The notes: generated by a model not told the origin, from the letters alone. A stretch of 64,000 bases of DNA from an uncultured cyanobacterium (GCA_963749915.1 CAVVOP010000005.1:32001-96000), one strand, 5' to 3'; positions 21,069 through 31,344 are shown, counted from the first letter of the stretch. Program-made: numbers and translations.

Positions 21069-22298
21069 ATGGCACGGGAAAAATTTGAAAGAACGAAACC
21101 CCACGTTAATATTGGTACAATCGGTCACGTTGACCACGGTAAAACTACCCTTACCGCTGCTATTACCTTAACTTTATCTGCGATTGGTCAGGCAAAAGCT
21201 CGTAAATACGATGAAATCGACGCGGCACCTGAAGAAAAAGCTCGTGGTATTACCATCAACACCGCTCACGTTGAATATGAATCTCCTGATCGTCACTATG
21301 CTCACGTTGATTGTCCCGGACACGCTGACTATGTTAAAAACATGATTACTGGTGCGGCTCAAATGGATGGAGCTATCTTAGTAGTATCTGCTGCCGATGG
21401 TCCGATGCCTCAAACCCGTGAACACATCCTCTTAGCTAGACAGGTTGGTGTACCCAGTCTCGTAGTCTTCTTAAATAAAGAAGATCAAGTGGATGACGCT
21501 GAATTATTAGAACTCGTTGAGTTAGAAGTTCGTGAGTTATTGACCGAGTACGGTTTCCCCGGAGATGATATTCCCATCGTTGCCGGTTCTGCCTTAAAAG
21601 CTGTTGAGCACATGACTGCTAATCCCAAAACTCAAAAAGGTGAAAACGAGTGGACTGATAAAATTCACGCCCTCATGGAAGCTGTAGATAAGTATATTCC
21701 TACTCCTGAGCGTGACATTGATAAGCCTTTCTTGATGGCTGTGGAAGACGTGTTCTCTATTACTGGTCGTGGTACCGTTGCCACCGGTCGTATCGAACGT
21801 GGTAAAGTCAAAGTTCAAGAAACCGTTGAGTTGGTGGGTATCCGTGACACTCGTAGTACTACAGTAACTGGCGTTGAGATGTTCCAAAAAACCTTAGAAG
21901 AAGGTTTAGCCGGCGATAACGTTGGTGTACTTCTTCGTGGTGTTCAAAAAGAAGATATTGAACGTGGTATGGTATTAGCTAAACCCGGTTCTATCACTCC
22001 TCATACCAAGTTTGAAGCCGAAGTATATGTACTCAAAAAAGAAGAAGGTGGTCGTCATACTCCTTTCTTCCCTGGCTATCGTCCTCAGTTCTACGTGCGT
22101 ACAACTGATGTAACCGGAACTATCAGTGACTTTACCGCCGATGATGGTAGTGCTGCGGAAATGGTCATGCCTGGTGATCGTATTAAAATGACCGTTGAGT
22201 TAATCAACCCCATTGCGATCGAACAAGGTATGCGTTTCGCTATTCGTGAAGGTGGTCGTACCATTGGTGCGGGTGCTGTGGCCAAAATTTTAAAATAG
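21069..22298 (+). CDS. tuf: elongation factor Tu
   Basis: [30 protein letters not shown]. Confidence 0.99.
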   Translation: MAREKFERTKPHVNIGTIGHVDHGKTTLTAAITLTLSAIGQAKARKYDEIDAAPEEKARGITINTAHVEYESPDRHYAHVDCPGHADYVKNMITGAAQMDGAILVVSAADGPMPQTREHILLARQVGVPSLVVFLNKEDQVDDAELLELVELEVRELLTEYGFPGDDIPIVAGSALKAVEHMTANPKTQKGENEWTDKIHALMEAVDKYIPTPERDIDKPFLMAVEDVFSITGRGTVATGRIERGKVKVQETVELVGIRDTRSTTVTGVEMFQKTLEEGLAGDNVGVLLRGVQKEDIERGMVLAKPGSITPHTKFEAEVYVLKKEEGGRHTPFFPGYRPQFYVRTTDVTGTISDFTADDGSAAEMVMPGDRIKMTVELINPIAIEQGMRFAIREGGRTIGAGAVAKILK

Positions 22299-22308
22299 GC
22301 TAATAAAT

Positions 22309-22341
22309 GGGCGTACAAACAACATTTTGTGCGTCCTCTTT
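22309..22341 (+). terminator. stem-loop after tuf
   Basis: GGGCGTACAAA / TTTGTGCGTCC stem followed by TCTTT. Confidence 0.55.
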
Positions 22342-22506
22342 GATCGAAGTCGGCAAGATGGGTTATCAGAGATTTGAGTTTAAATTCCAAATTCATCCAT
22401 CTTTCTTTTACAACCTAACTCATCTTAAATTTCTCCGAACTCTGAACGAACTCTGAACTCTGAAATCATTATTCACCGTACCTTGAAAATTTAGGAAATA
22501 TTCATC

Positions 22507-22824
22507 ATGGCAACTTTGCAACAACAAAAAATCCGTATCCGCCTCAAAGCATTCGATCGCCGTTTACTAGATACTTCTTGTACTAAAATTGTGGAAACTG
22601 CTAACCGTACTAATGCTACACCAGTAGGTCCTATTCCCCTCCCCACCAAACGTAAAATCTATTGTGTGTTGAGATCTCCTCACGTTGATAAAGATTCCAG
22701 GGAACATTTCGAAACCCGTACCCACCGCCGGGTGATCGACATTTATCAGCCTTCTTCTAAAACCATCGATGCCTTGATGAAATTAGATTTACCTGCGGGG
22801 GTAGATATTGAAGTAAAATTATAG
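22507..22824 (+). CDS. rpsJ: 30S ribosomal protein S10
   Basis: [32 protein letters not shown]. Confidence 0.99.
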   Translation: MATLQQQKIRIRLKAFDRRLLDTSCTKIVETANRTNATPVGPIPLPTKRKIYCVLRSPHVDKDSREHFETRTHRRVIDIYQPSSKTIDALMKLDLPAGVDIEVKL

Positions 22825-22833
22825 ATTTTATTT

Positions 22834-22882
22834 TTGCATTTTAGGGAATAAAGTTGATTTTCGTTAAAATGCAACGTTTTTT
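22834..22882 (+). terminator. putative intrinsic terminator of the str operon
   Basis: TTGCATTTTA / TAAAATGCAA stem followed by a T run. Confidence 0.55.
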
Positions 22883-22940
22883 ATCAGGATGTTTAAAAAT
22901 TTGCTTCAGTAATTTAAAAATCTATAGGGAAAAATAAACT

Positions 22941-24602
22941 ATGGCAACACCGACGATTAGAATACAAGGTTCCACTTCTGGAGTTTTCAAAAATCCTATT
23001 GGTGGCACATTTTCTGGTGTAGGCACTAATAATTTTATATGGGGAGTTCCCATTACTTCTAATAGCAGTCTAAATTTTACAGGAAAACCTTACAGTACTG
23101 ATGTAGTAACAGGATTTATTTTTGGTTCCAATGCCAGGAAAAACAGAGAATTCTTTTCTCTGGGTACTTTAAACTATTTTAATGGCACGATAGAAGGTGG
23201 AACTGGATCTACTGGCGTCGATTTAGATATTACTCTACAAGTTAGCGAACCTCTTAATACCAGTCCTCAAGATTTCACAAGTTCACTGACTTTTACTAAT
23301 ACTCCTAACACCAATGACCCCATAGCTAGTGCCGATTCAGTTTTTTTACCGTCTAGTAATCTGCCACCTGTTATTTTGACAGCATCTAATGGAGCGGAGT
23401 TAACACTCGATGTGTTCGGATTTGGAGAGGTTACAGATGGTGGATTTACCAGAGAAAGAGAATTCTTTGTAACAGAAGAAAATACTGCAAGTGCAGAATT
23501 AATTGCACGGTTTCAAAATCCTTGTGAAGAGATTATTGATGGTGCTGTATCGGTAAATACGGCCAATAGCAATCGCACTCTAAATGCAACATTTACACCA
23601 AATTTTGGTCTAAGTTTGGATGAAGCTGCTGAGATTTGTGGTTATGATCATTTCAATTGGTATCAAGTTATCACAATTGATCCATATGCCCCAGGAGGAT
23701 TGGTAGTACCATACGTTGATCCTCCTTCTGGTGGAGGTGCTTCTTTTGGCGGTTTTGCCGATAATTTACCTTTTTATTGGGATGAAGAAGGTGCGACTGG
23801 AACAGGATACCATTTGAGTGACAATGAAACGAATACGGCATTGTTATATACGGATACGCCGGCTGAACCACTGTTACAACCAGGAGAATCTTTAGGATTT
23901 AATACTTCTTTGGTAGGAATTTTACCAGATGGAAGTTGGGATATACTTTATAATTTTGAATGGCAAAGTAATTATAATGGAACATCTGGAGGAGTTACCA
24001 CAAGGAGAAATATTATTACCCCAGATGATAATGGTACTGGTGAAGTCTTTGATATTAAGTTAGACTTAAGTGCGGCTGACTTATCTGATCAAATCAAAAA
24101 TCAAATGAGTGCAGATGGTGCACAAAATGCTTTTCTCTCTCCTAATGACTCAACAAGTTTATTAAATACTCCTATTAATCGATTTCAAAATAGTGAGCTA
24201 CCTGGGACATATTTATTTGCCGGAGAAGAAGAAAGTATCAGTATTCGTCAAAACTTTCCCAATTTTATTGAGGAAGGACAAGCATTTAAAGTCGCAGTTG
24301 AGCCAGGGGATGATTTAATTGTCATGAATCGGTTTCAAAATAGTTCCGTCCCTGGTACCTATCTTTATGCCGGACAAGAAGAAAGTATCAGTATTCGTCA
24401 AAACTTTCCTAATTTTATTGAGGAAGGAGTTGCATTTTATGTATATTCTGGTACTGCTAATAAAGGGGAAGACTTCTACCGTTTTCAAAATAGTCAACAA
24501 CCTGGCACTTACCTTTTTGTTGGTGAACAAGAGCGTCAAAGTATTATCGCTAATTTCCCAGCCTTTATTGAAGAAGGTGTTGCTTTTGAGGTTGCAATTT
24601 AA
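22941..24602 (+). CDS. extracellular/surface protein: choice-of-anchor-K-like N domain, central domain, three ~50-aa C-terminal repeats
   Basis: FIWG..SSLNFTG..FSLGTLNYFNGTI..FTNTPN..SADSV; repeats (N/Y)RFQNS..PGTYL..E..SI..NFP.FIEEG.AF x3. Confidence 0.6.
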   Translation: MATPTIRIQGSTSGVFKNPIGGTFSGVGTNNFIWGVPITSNSSLNFTGKPYSTDVVTGFIFGSNARKNREFFSLGTLNYFNGTIEGGTGSTGVDLDITLQVSEPLNTSPQDFTSSLTFTNTPNTNDPIASADSVFLPSSNLPPVILTASNGAELTLDVFGFGEVTDGGFTREREFFVTEENTASAELIARFQNPCEEIIDGAVSVNTANSNRTLNATFTPNFGLSLDEAAEICGYDHFNWYQVITIDPYAPGGLVVPYVDPPSGGGASFGGFADNLPFYWDEEGATGTGYHLSDNETNTALLYTDTPAEPLLQPGESLGFNTSLVGILPDGSWDILYNFEWQSNYNGTSGGVTTRRNIITPDDNGTGEVFDIKLDLSAADLSDQIKNQMSADGAQNAFLSPNDSTSLLNTPINRFQNSELPGTYLFAGEEESISIRQNFPNFIEEGQAFKVAVEPGDDLIVMNRFQNSSVPGTYLYAGQEESISIRQNFPNFIEEGVAFYVYSGTANKGEDFYRFQNSQQPGTYLFVGEQERQSIIANFPAFIEEGVAFEVAI

Positions 24603-24629
24603 AATAAAGAATCGATAGATAATTGTTGT

Positions 24630-25391
24630 TCAATTATTATTTTGTTCCAGCTTATGGTCGTATAAATTAAATTGCCAAGAACTTTTTAAATATTTGTTGT
24701 CAAATAAAACCGTAGTATTTTTGAGAAAATACAAATCTGAATTTTGCGAAAAGGTGCCTATTTCTACTACCCTTAATTTTGAAAATTCTTGTATTTCTTC
24801 ACAATTATTAGTGGTAAATAATTTACTATATCTAATGGATCTTCTTAAGGGTCCCGTTTGGGGATAATATTGATCATTAGCTGGTCTTCCTGTAGCAAAA
24901 ACTATAGCTAAAAATTTATCATCAGGGGAAAATTTAAACTCTTCTGGTCCTTCATTAAAAGAATTTAAAGATTCACATAATTTATTCATATTGTGATAAT
25001 TATATAAAATAATTTTCCCTGATTTATAAGTTAAAAAAGTTTCTTGATCATGAGAAAAACCATAAATTCTTTGGTTAAATTTACTTATTATTTTTTCTGT
25101 TTTCAAATCCCAGAACGTAGTATTGTCTTTTTGAGCTGCGGCTAAGACATTGCCACCATTGAGTATAAATAGTTCCCTAATAACGAGGTTGTCCATTTGA
25201 AACTCATGAAGAATCTTTTTACTATGTCTATCTTTAACTATAACTTCTCCTTTTCTTGTTCCCAAAATTTCATAATTATTATTAGTAACTACTATATCTT
25301 GAGCATTTGTTTTTTGAATACTGCCAAAACCTAACATCCCTATTAAGAGTATCAAATTAAATTTAATCATAAATGATAATGATCTCCTCAA
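24630..25391 (-). CDS. secreted WD40/beta-propeller-like hypothetical protein
   Basis: Signal-like N-terminus (probably from MIKFNL); TTFWDLKT, FSHDQ, FKFSPDDKFLAI blade-like motifs. Confidence 0.55.
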   Translation of the reverse strand: MRRSLSFMIKFNLILLIGMLGFGSIQKTNAQDIVVTNNNYEILGTRKGEVIVKDRHSKKILHEFQMDNLVIRELFILNGGNVLAAAQKDNTTFWDLKTEKIISKFNQRIYGFSHDQETFLTYKSGKIILYNYHNMNKLCESLNSFNEGPEEFKFSPDDKFLAIVFATGRPANDQYYPQTGPLRRSIRYSKLFTTNNCEEIQEFSKLRVVEIGTFSQNSDLYFLKNTTVLFDNKYLKSSWQFNLYDHKLEQNNN

Positions 25392-25539
25392 ATTGTATGG
25401 ATCTAAAGTAAATTTTTACGCCCCAATAAAACAAGATCTGTGTTTTTCAAAGTGTAATGCCTAAGCTAAAGCTAACATATAAAGCGATTGCTGAAAAAAC
25501 CAAATCTCGTTCCAATGTGCAAGTCCTGCATTATTGAAG

Positions 25540-25619
25540 AAGGCAGTCCCCATGAAAAAAAATTTTCACCATCAGAGATGAAAGTTGGCACTTTCAAGTC
25601 AGGAGGCAGGAGGCAGAGG
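25540..25619 (+). repeat. dispersed structured repeat, copy 2
   Basis: Near-identical to 7196-7273. Confidence 0.9.
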
Positions 25620-25640
25620 GCATAATAAGTAAATAAAACG

Positions 25641-26201
25641 ATGAATAATCCATGGCAAGTTGTCAGTAAATTGGTAGAAATAACATCTCCTTGGCTAACA
25701 TTAATTGGGGAAAAAGTCAAGGATGATCAAGGTACAATACTAGATTATTGGCGAGTAGAAAAAGCCGATTCTTTAATTATTATTACCGAATATCAAAATC
25801 AGTTAATCTTCCCTAAATTAACTTATCGCCACGGCATCGAAAAAGTTACCCTTGACTTCGCAGGAGGTAGGGTTAACCTTGATAAAACTTTAGAAAATAA
25901 TGCTTTATCTATCTTAAAAAGGGAGTTAAATCTTGAAGAAAAAGATCTGAAAATTTTAAGACCCATTAATCAAGAGGCATGGGCAATTAATAGCGCCTTT
26001 AACAATCAAAAATTGTGGGGTTTTTATGCACACATAAAGCCGGAAACTAGTCTTCATCCTGATTTTATTGGTGCTACTTATTCTTTAACGAAAGAAAATC
26101 TTAAATGTTTACTCAAGGATTTAATCTGTCTCCAGTGTCGATCACTACTATTAGAGAGCATTTGTCAAAATTTGTTGCAACTTCTTCAAGAAACAGTATA
26201 A
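25641..26201 (+). CDS. NUDIX-fold hydrolase (degenerate Nudix box)
   Basis: SPWLTL, DYWRVEKADS, YRHGI..TLDFAGG..LKREL. Confidence 0.7.
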   Translation: MNNPWQVVSKLVEITSPWLTLIGEKVKDDQGTILDYWRVEKADSLIIITEYQNQLIFPKLTYRHGIEKVTLDFAGGRVNLDKTLENNALSILKRELNLEEKDLKILRPINQEAWAINSAFNNQKLWGFYAHIKPETSLHPDFIGATYSLTKENLKCLLKDLICLQCRSLLLESICQNLLQLLQETV

Positions 26202-26258
26202 AATTTAACTGAAAGATTTATTATTTTAGTTAATCACGATTTCACTCATCATTTAATT

Positions 26259-26501
26259 ATGAACACTTATATTTTACCTTCCACTTATTCTTACCATTAC
26301 ACCCTTGATTTTATTCGTGACGAAATTAGAGGCTTATTGGAAAGAGGTATTATTAGCCGTCATCAGCCGATTTATAGCTTGGCTAAATATATTCCCCCAA
26401 GGGAATGGTTATCAGTAGAAAAACAACTAGAGGAAAAAGATTATTTATTGCGGGATCGTATCGGTGATTTATTAGGGGCGGAAAATTGGGATAATGACTA
26501 A
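26259..26501 (+). CDS. DUF4327-family cyanobacterial protein
   Basis: YTLDFIRDEIRGL..SRHQPIYSL..IPPREW..LLRDRIGDL..ENWDND. Confidence 0.8.
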   Translation: MNTYILPSTYSYHYTLDFIRDEIRGLLERGIISRHQPIYSLAKYIPPREWLSVEKQLEEKDYLLRDRIGDLLGAENWDND

Positions 26502-26643
26502 GGACAATTCTGAGTTCCGAGTTATTATCAGTTTCTCCCTTATCCCCTATGGACGAGAATAAATAACAACAAACAATAAATTAAAACTTAGAAGTTAATC
26601 ATTAACCCTCAATATTTTTTACTGATAAACCAATTTTTCGTTG

Positions 26644-27015
26644 TCAAACATTAAGTTTTTCTACTTCTTCCCTTAAAGCGACAATTTCTCTGATAAGTTC
26701 TTGGATATCATTACTCTGGTTATCTACAGACTTAACCTGTATGTCCTCACAAGATTTACTGCCGCCACTACTATAACCTTTAAAAAACTGTTCGATGATT
26801 TTTCGAGCTTCTTGTTCCGTCATCGTGCCTTTTTCAGCCCATTCTTGAGATTTTTGTTGCCATTCAGCATTCAGATCCGATAACATCTGACTGCGTTTTT
26901 GATTGTCTTGTAAGGTTTCTACCACTGAAGCAGCAGCCCCAACAGCGGTTCGGAAACCTTGTTGAATGGTATCAAATATAGTATTACTTTCCATGACTGT
27001 TAATATACTCCACAT
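26644..27015 (-). CDS. conserved hypothetical coiled-coil (phasin-like) protein
   Basis: QQGFRTAVGA..EKGTMTEQEAR..; true start may be MESNT. Confidence 0.6.
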   Translation of the reverse strand: MWSILTVMESNTIFDTIQQGFRTAVGAAASVVETLQDNQKRSQMLSDLNAEWQQKSQEWAEKGTMTEQEARKIIEQFFKGYSSGGSKSCEDIQVKSVDNQSNDIQELIREIVALREEVEKLNV

Positions 27016-27146
27016 TGAGAAAATATCTTGGACTTTTTTACTATAATCTAACTTCTAAGGGGAAAAGTTGGACTAGTTATAGTAATAACCACACATTGAC
27101 ACTCCCACCGACAAATCAAAGATTATGTCGGGGGATTCTTACCTCA

Positions 27147-28040
27147 TCAGCACTTAACTAGATTGACCAAGTTACCTTGCTTAATCCCCGTCAGTACGCC
27201 TTCGTAAGCAATTTCATTCACGGTATGCCCTACCGCTACTAATCCTCTATTTTTAATTACCTTTGCACTTACTACATCTCTTGGTGCAATATAACCACAA
27301 TACTGGCAATTATGTACTCTTTCATTTAACTGTTTTTTGCCTGTATGACTTCCGCAGTTGCTACATTCTTGAGATGTCCCATCTTTGTTGACTTTTCGAT
27401 AAAATTTACTGCGTTTCCAACAAACATAAGGCAATATCTCATTAATAAATTGCCCTATTCCAGAGTCCAAAGATTGCTTTGTGACAATCCCTCGACCCCA
27501 CGAAATAAAGTTTATATCCTCAACAAAAATGTTATCCGTTAAGTCGCAGAGGTAATTTGCTGATTTAAAGTGCCAATTCCTACGGGTATTAGCTACTTTT
27601 TCATGTAATTTAACTATCTTATTTTGAAGTTTTAACCAATTATTTGAGCCTTTGATTTTATGTTTCAAACGTCTTTGTAGCGATTTCAGCTTACTCTGTG
27701 CTTGCAACAAAAATTTTGGGGCTTTGATTAATTCTCCTCTATCGGTAGCTACAAATGATTCTATCCCAGCATCAATACCTAAGCTTAATTTTCCTACTGG
27801 TGCGTCAGGGCAAGATTCTTGAGACTGAAAAGCAATCATCAAATAATAACCCGTTGCCTTTTTTACAATTCGAGCCTGTTTCGGCTCAAAACCCGTAGGA
27901 TAATCTCTTGATTGTTTTATTTTCAACCAACCTAATTGGGGTAACTTTACCTTACCTTGTGCCAAGCAATTTTTCAACATTTGAGGAAAGACAAAACTTT
28001 TCATCTGTTTCTTATAAGTAAGGGTAATCACTTGATTCAC
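27147..28040 (-). CDS. tnpB: TnpB RNA-guided nuclease, internally deleted
   Basis: LGIDAG (RuvC-I D), FVEDIN (RuvC-II E), TSQECSNCG..HNCQYCG Zn finger, PRDVVSA (RuvC-III D); only 297 aa. Confidence 0.88.
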   Translation of the reverse strand: MNQVITLTYKKQMKSFVFPQMLKNCLAQGKVKLPQLGWLKIKQSRDYPTGFEPKQARIVKKATGYYLMIAFQSQESCPDAPVGKLSLGIDAGIESFVATDRGELIKAPKFLLQAQSKLKSLQRRLKHKIKGSNNWLKLQNKIVKLHEKVANTRRNWHFKSANYLCDLTDNIFVEDINFISWGRGIVTKQSLDSGIGQFINEILPYVCWKRSKFYRKVNKDGTSQECSNCGSHTGKKQLNERVHNCQYCGYIAPRDVVSAKVIKNRGLVAVGHTVNEIAYEGVLTGIKQGNLVNLVKC

Positions 28041-28069
28041 AGTTAATTATTTGCTACACTCTAATTATA

Positions 28070-28224
28070 AAACTTAAAGAAATTTTCGCAGATACATTAA
28101 TTAAGTGGGAATGTAATTTAATCGAGTTTAATGGTGAATCAGACCATGTACATTTACTAATTGATTACAAGCCCGATATATCTTGATCTAATATGTGGAG
28201 AGTCAAAAAACTCCTCAAGAATAA
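28070..28224 (+). pseudogene. tnpA: IS200 TnpA (Y1 HUH transposase) remnant
   Basis: KLKEIFADTLIKWECNLIEFNGESDHVHLLIDYKPDIS* (HUH motif) followed in another frame by YVESQKTPQE* (catalytic Tyr helix); no start, middle missing. Confidence 0.85.
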
Positions 28225-28227
28225 GGA

Positions 28228-28318
28228 TAAGCTCAGACGCACCTAAGCTGCGTTTGTATAACCCACAATCCCTTTTTATGCCTAATCCAAGGATGTAAAT
28301 TAAATGCGTCCAAGCTTA
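28228..28318. mobile_element. MITE inserted in the IS605 left-end region
   Basis: TA-AGCTCAGACGCA ... TGCGTCCAAGCT-TA: imperfect 12-bp TIRs (10/12) flanked by TA. Confidence 0.7.
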
Positions 28319-28472
28319 TCGTTATCGCTCCATTTTTCTGGTTGGTCAAAATTCATCTCCTGTTCATTTCAATGGTATTTTTTTCGGGAGAAATTGAACG
28401 GGAGTCCTCTTTAGACATCTAAGATAGAAATAAAAATAAGATAGAAATAAAAAGAAAATGGATTAAGGGTGA

Positions 28473-29276
28473 ATGGTTAGACAGATTGTAACCGGATTTG
28501 GTTTTTTTACTGGCATAAGTTATCCTTTTTTAGCAGTAAAATTTTTGGCGGAAAATAAAAAGTTATGGCAATATTTAATTATTCCTATTATTATTAATTT
28601 TGCTGTAGGAATTACCACTTATATCTTATTATTAAAACCTAGCTTAAAGTTGTTTAATATTATTACTAATAATATCGTTATTTGGGTGGATAAAGCCATC
28701 GATAAACTACCAGATTGGTCAAACTTTGTAATTTATATTATTATCTTTCTTAGTTTATTAATAAAAGTAATCTTATTTATTTTATTATTGATAATAATTG
28801 GCTTTATTATGACCCAATTTGGATCAATTTTAGGTTCACCTTGGTATGGTAAATTATCAGAACAACTGGAAATTTTACGCACAGGAAAACTAGAAATAAT
28901 AGAGTATAACATCTTTCATGATATATTCAGAGCGATTTTATTTGAATTAAAAAAGTTATTATTAATCACAGCCATAAGTGTACCATTATTTTTATTTAAT
29001 TTTATTCCTAGCGTGGGCAACTTAGTTTCTTTAATCGGGAGCATAAGTTTAACCACTACTATTATCTGTTTAGATTTTTTTGATGCAATTTTAGAAAGGA
29101 AACGATTAAATTTTCGACAGAAATTAAAATTTGTGCAACAAGGATTTCCTACTACGGCTGGTTTTGGTTTAATGTGTTTAACCTTAATTAGTATTCCGTT
29201 ACTGAATTTAATTATAATTCCCCTTTGCGTTTCCGCAGGTACTTTATTGGTTTGCGATAAAACAAGAAATAGTTAA
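28473..29276 (+). CDS. EI24/CysZ-like membrane protein
   Basis: Multiple TM helices, GSPWYGKLSEQLE, CLDFFDAILERK. Confidence 0.8.
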   Translation: MVRQIVTGFGFFTGISYPFLAVKFLAENKKLWQYLIIPIIINFAVGITTYILLLKPSLKLFNIITNNIVIWVDKAIDKLPDWSNFVIYIIIFLSLLIKVILFILLLIIIGFIMTQFGSILGSPWYGKLSEQLEILRTGKLEIIEYNIFHDIFRAILFELKKLLLITAISVPLFLFNFIPSVGNLVSLIGSISLTTTIICLDFFDAILERKRLNFRQKLKFVQQGFPTTAGFGLMCLTLISIPLLNLIIIPLCVSAGTLLVCDKTRNS

Positions 29277-29447
29277 TGGGAGTTGGGGGTTATATATAGT
29301 AGCAATTCTCTTTGCCTTCCTGACTTCTATTTGTCGGCATTTCCTTATATTCACCATCGCTGAGGATTGAATATGACACAATAAGAAATAATTGTCAATC
29401 AGAAGGAATTTATCATATCCTTAAGATCTAAAATCAGGAGTAAATTT

Positions 29448-30701
29448 GTGACTATAGTAACACTAGAACCTAATACCAATACTGGTTTTAATCAAGATAC
29501 TTTCAATACCTATGTAATGAACACCTACGGACGTTTTCCCGTCACCATCGAGAAAGGTTCAGGTTGCCGACTTTGGGATACAGATGGTAAAGAATATCTT
29601 GACTTTGTAGCAGGTATTGCTACTTGTACTCTAGGACACGCTCATCCTGCTATGGTAAAAGCTGTCACCCAACAAATACAAAAAATACATCATGTATCTA
29701 ATTTGTACTATATTCCCGAACAAGGAGAATTAGCTAAATGGATTGTAGAACATTCTTGTGCTGACAAGGTATTCTTCTGCAATTCCGGTGCTGAAGCCAA
29801 CGAAGCCGCAATCAAATTAGTGCGGAAATATGCTCATACGGTTTTAGAATTTTTAGAGCAACCCGTTATTCTTACCGCTAAATCTAGTTTTCATGGGCGC
29901 ACTTTAGCTACTGTCACCGCTACAGGACAACCAAAATACCAAAAACATTTTCAACCTCTTGTGCCAGGATTTGAGTATGTCCCTTACAATGACATTACTG
30001 CCGTTGAAGAAGCTATCACTAACATTGATGAAGGCGATCGTCGTGTAGCTGCCATCATGATTGAACCATTACAAGGAGAAGGAGGAGTACGCCCAGGTAA
30101 TTTGGATTACTTCTTGCGGTTAAGAAAAATTTGTGATGAGACTGGTATTTTATTGGTATTTGATGAGGTACAAACGGGGGTCGGTAGAACTGGTAAAATG
30201 TGGGGTTATGAAAACCTAGGAGTTGAGCCAGATATTTTCACCAGTGCGAAAGGTTTAGCCGGAGGAATCCCTATTGGGGCGATGATGTGTAAGGCTTTTT
30301 GTGATGTGTTTGAACCCGGTAACCATGCCAGTACTTTTGGCGGTAATCCTTTTGCTTGTGCTACCTCCTTAGCTGTTTTACAAACCTTAGAAGAAGAAAA
30401 CATCCTCCAAAATGTTCAAGTCAGAGGAGAACAGTTACGGACAAAACTCAGAGCAATTACTAAAAAATATCCTCAATTATTCACGGAAGTGCGGGGTTGG
30501 GGTTTAATTAACGGTATGGAAATCAAGGCTGATATTGAGCTAACCTCCCTTGATATTGTCAAAAAAGCCATGGAAAAAGGCTTATTACTAGCACCGGCTG
30601 GACCTAAAGTGTTGCGTTTTGTCCCACCTTTAATTGTTTCGGCGGCGGAAATTGATCAAGCTAGTGATATTTTAGACAATGCCATCGCTGATTTGATTTA
30701 A
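29448..30701 (+). CDS. argD: acetylornithine aminotransferase
   Basis: YVMNTYGR, FCNSGAEANEAAIK, FHGRT, EPLQGEGG, FDEVQTG, SAKGLAGG. Confidence 0.92.
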   Translation: MTIVTLEPNTNTGFNQDTFNTYVMNTYGRFPVTIEKGSGCRLWDTDGKEYLDFVAGIATCTLGHAHPAMVKAVTQQIQKIHHVSNLYYIPEQGELAKWIVEHSCADKVFFCNSGAEANEAAIKLVRKYAHTVLEFLEQPVILTAKSSFHGRTLATVTATGQPKYQKHFQPLVPGFEYVPYNDITAVEEAITNIDEGDRRVAAIMIEPLQGEGGVRPGNLDYFLRLRKICDETGILLVFDEVQTGVGRTGKMWGYENLGVEPDIFTSAKGLAGGIPIGAMMCKAFCDVFEPGNHASTFGGNPFACATSLAVLQTLEEENILQNVQVRGEQLRTKLRAITKKYPQLFTEVRGWGLINGMEIKADIELTSLDIVKKAMEKGLLLAPAGPKVLRFVPPLIVSAAEIDQASDILDNAIADLI

Positions 30702-30713
30702 AGAAAAGAGGTA

Positions 30714-30736
30714 AAAGTCCCCAAATTTGGGGATTT
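30714..30736. terminator. palindromic hairpin between convergent argD and mntP
   Basis: AAAGTCCCCAAATTTGGGGATTT. Confidence 0.55.
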
Positions 30737-30789
30737 AAGGGCTAAAGGAATTGTTCACTGTTTATGCAATGCATGATTAATTACTATAA

Positions 30790-31344
30790 TTACGAAAGGT
30801 GTTCCGTTAAAATTTTAATACCAATGCCGATAAGAATAATTCCGCCAATTGTTTCTGCTTGTTTTTCAAAAAGATGACCAAATTTATTGCCTATATAGAC
30901 ACCAAATAAACAGATTAAAAAAGTAATAACACCGATGATAATAGAGGCTCCCATAATGGGAGTTTTAATAACAGAAAAACTTAAACCTACTGCCAAAGCG
31001 TCTATACTCGTAGCAATCGCTAAAGTTAATAAAATATATAAATTACGAAAATCTGTACCTTCTTCTTCTTCTTGTTGGAAAGATTCATAAATCATTTTAC
31101 TGCCAATTAGCCCCAATAAACCAAAGGCAATCCAATGATCAAAACTGATAATAAAATCTCGAAAAAATAAGCCTGAACTCCATCCCAATAAGGGCATGAT
31201 AAACTGAAATCCACCAAAAAAAGTAGAAATAATCAAATAATCTTTTAAAATAACTTTTTTAATGCTAATTCCACCCCCAATAGATACGGCAAAAGCATCC
31301 ATAGCCAATGCAACAGACGTCAACAAAACAGTAATTAAATTCAT
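30790..31344 (-). CDS. mntP: manganese efflux pump MntP family
   Basis: LAMDAFAVS, FQFIMP, DHWIAFGLL, ATSIDALAVG. Confidence 0.9.
   Translation of the reverse strand: MNLITVLLTSVALAMDAFAVSIGGGISIKKVILKDYLIISTFFGGFQFIMPLLGWSSGLFFRDFIISFDHWIAFGLLGLIGSKMIYESFQQEEEEGTDFRNLYILLTLAIATSIDALAVGLSFSVIKTPIMGASIIIGVITFLICLFGVYIGNKFGHLFEKQAETIGGIILIGIGIKILTEHLS

Larger units (their letters stand above)
27096..28423. mobile_element. degenerate IS200/IS605 element (divergent tnpB and tnpA remnant)
   Basis: Right end on minus strand AAGAATCCCCCGACATAATCTTTGATTTGTCGGTGGGAGTGTCAA ending TCAA at 27096; left-end hairpin TCTCCTGTTCA..TGAACGGGAG near 28356-28403. Confidence 0.85.

Noticed and set aside
17905..22824. 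Antisense and alternate-frame ORFs over rpsG, fusA, tuf (and similar ones over other genes)
   Set aside because: Shadow ORFs of conserved genes with no recognisable motifs
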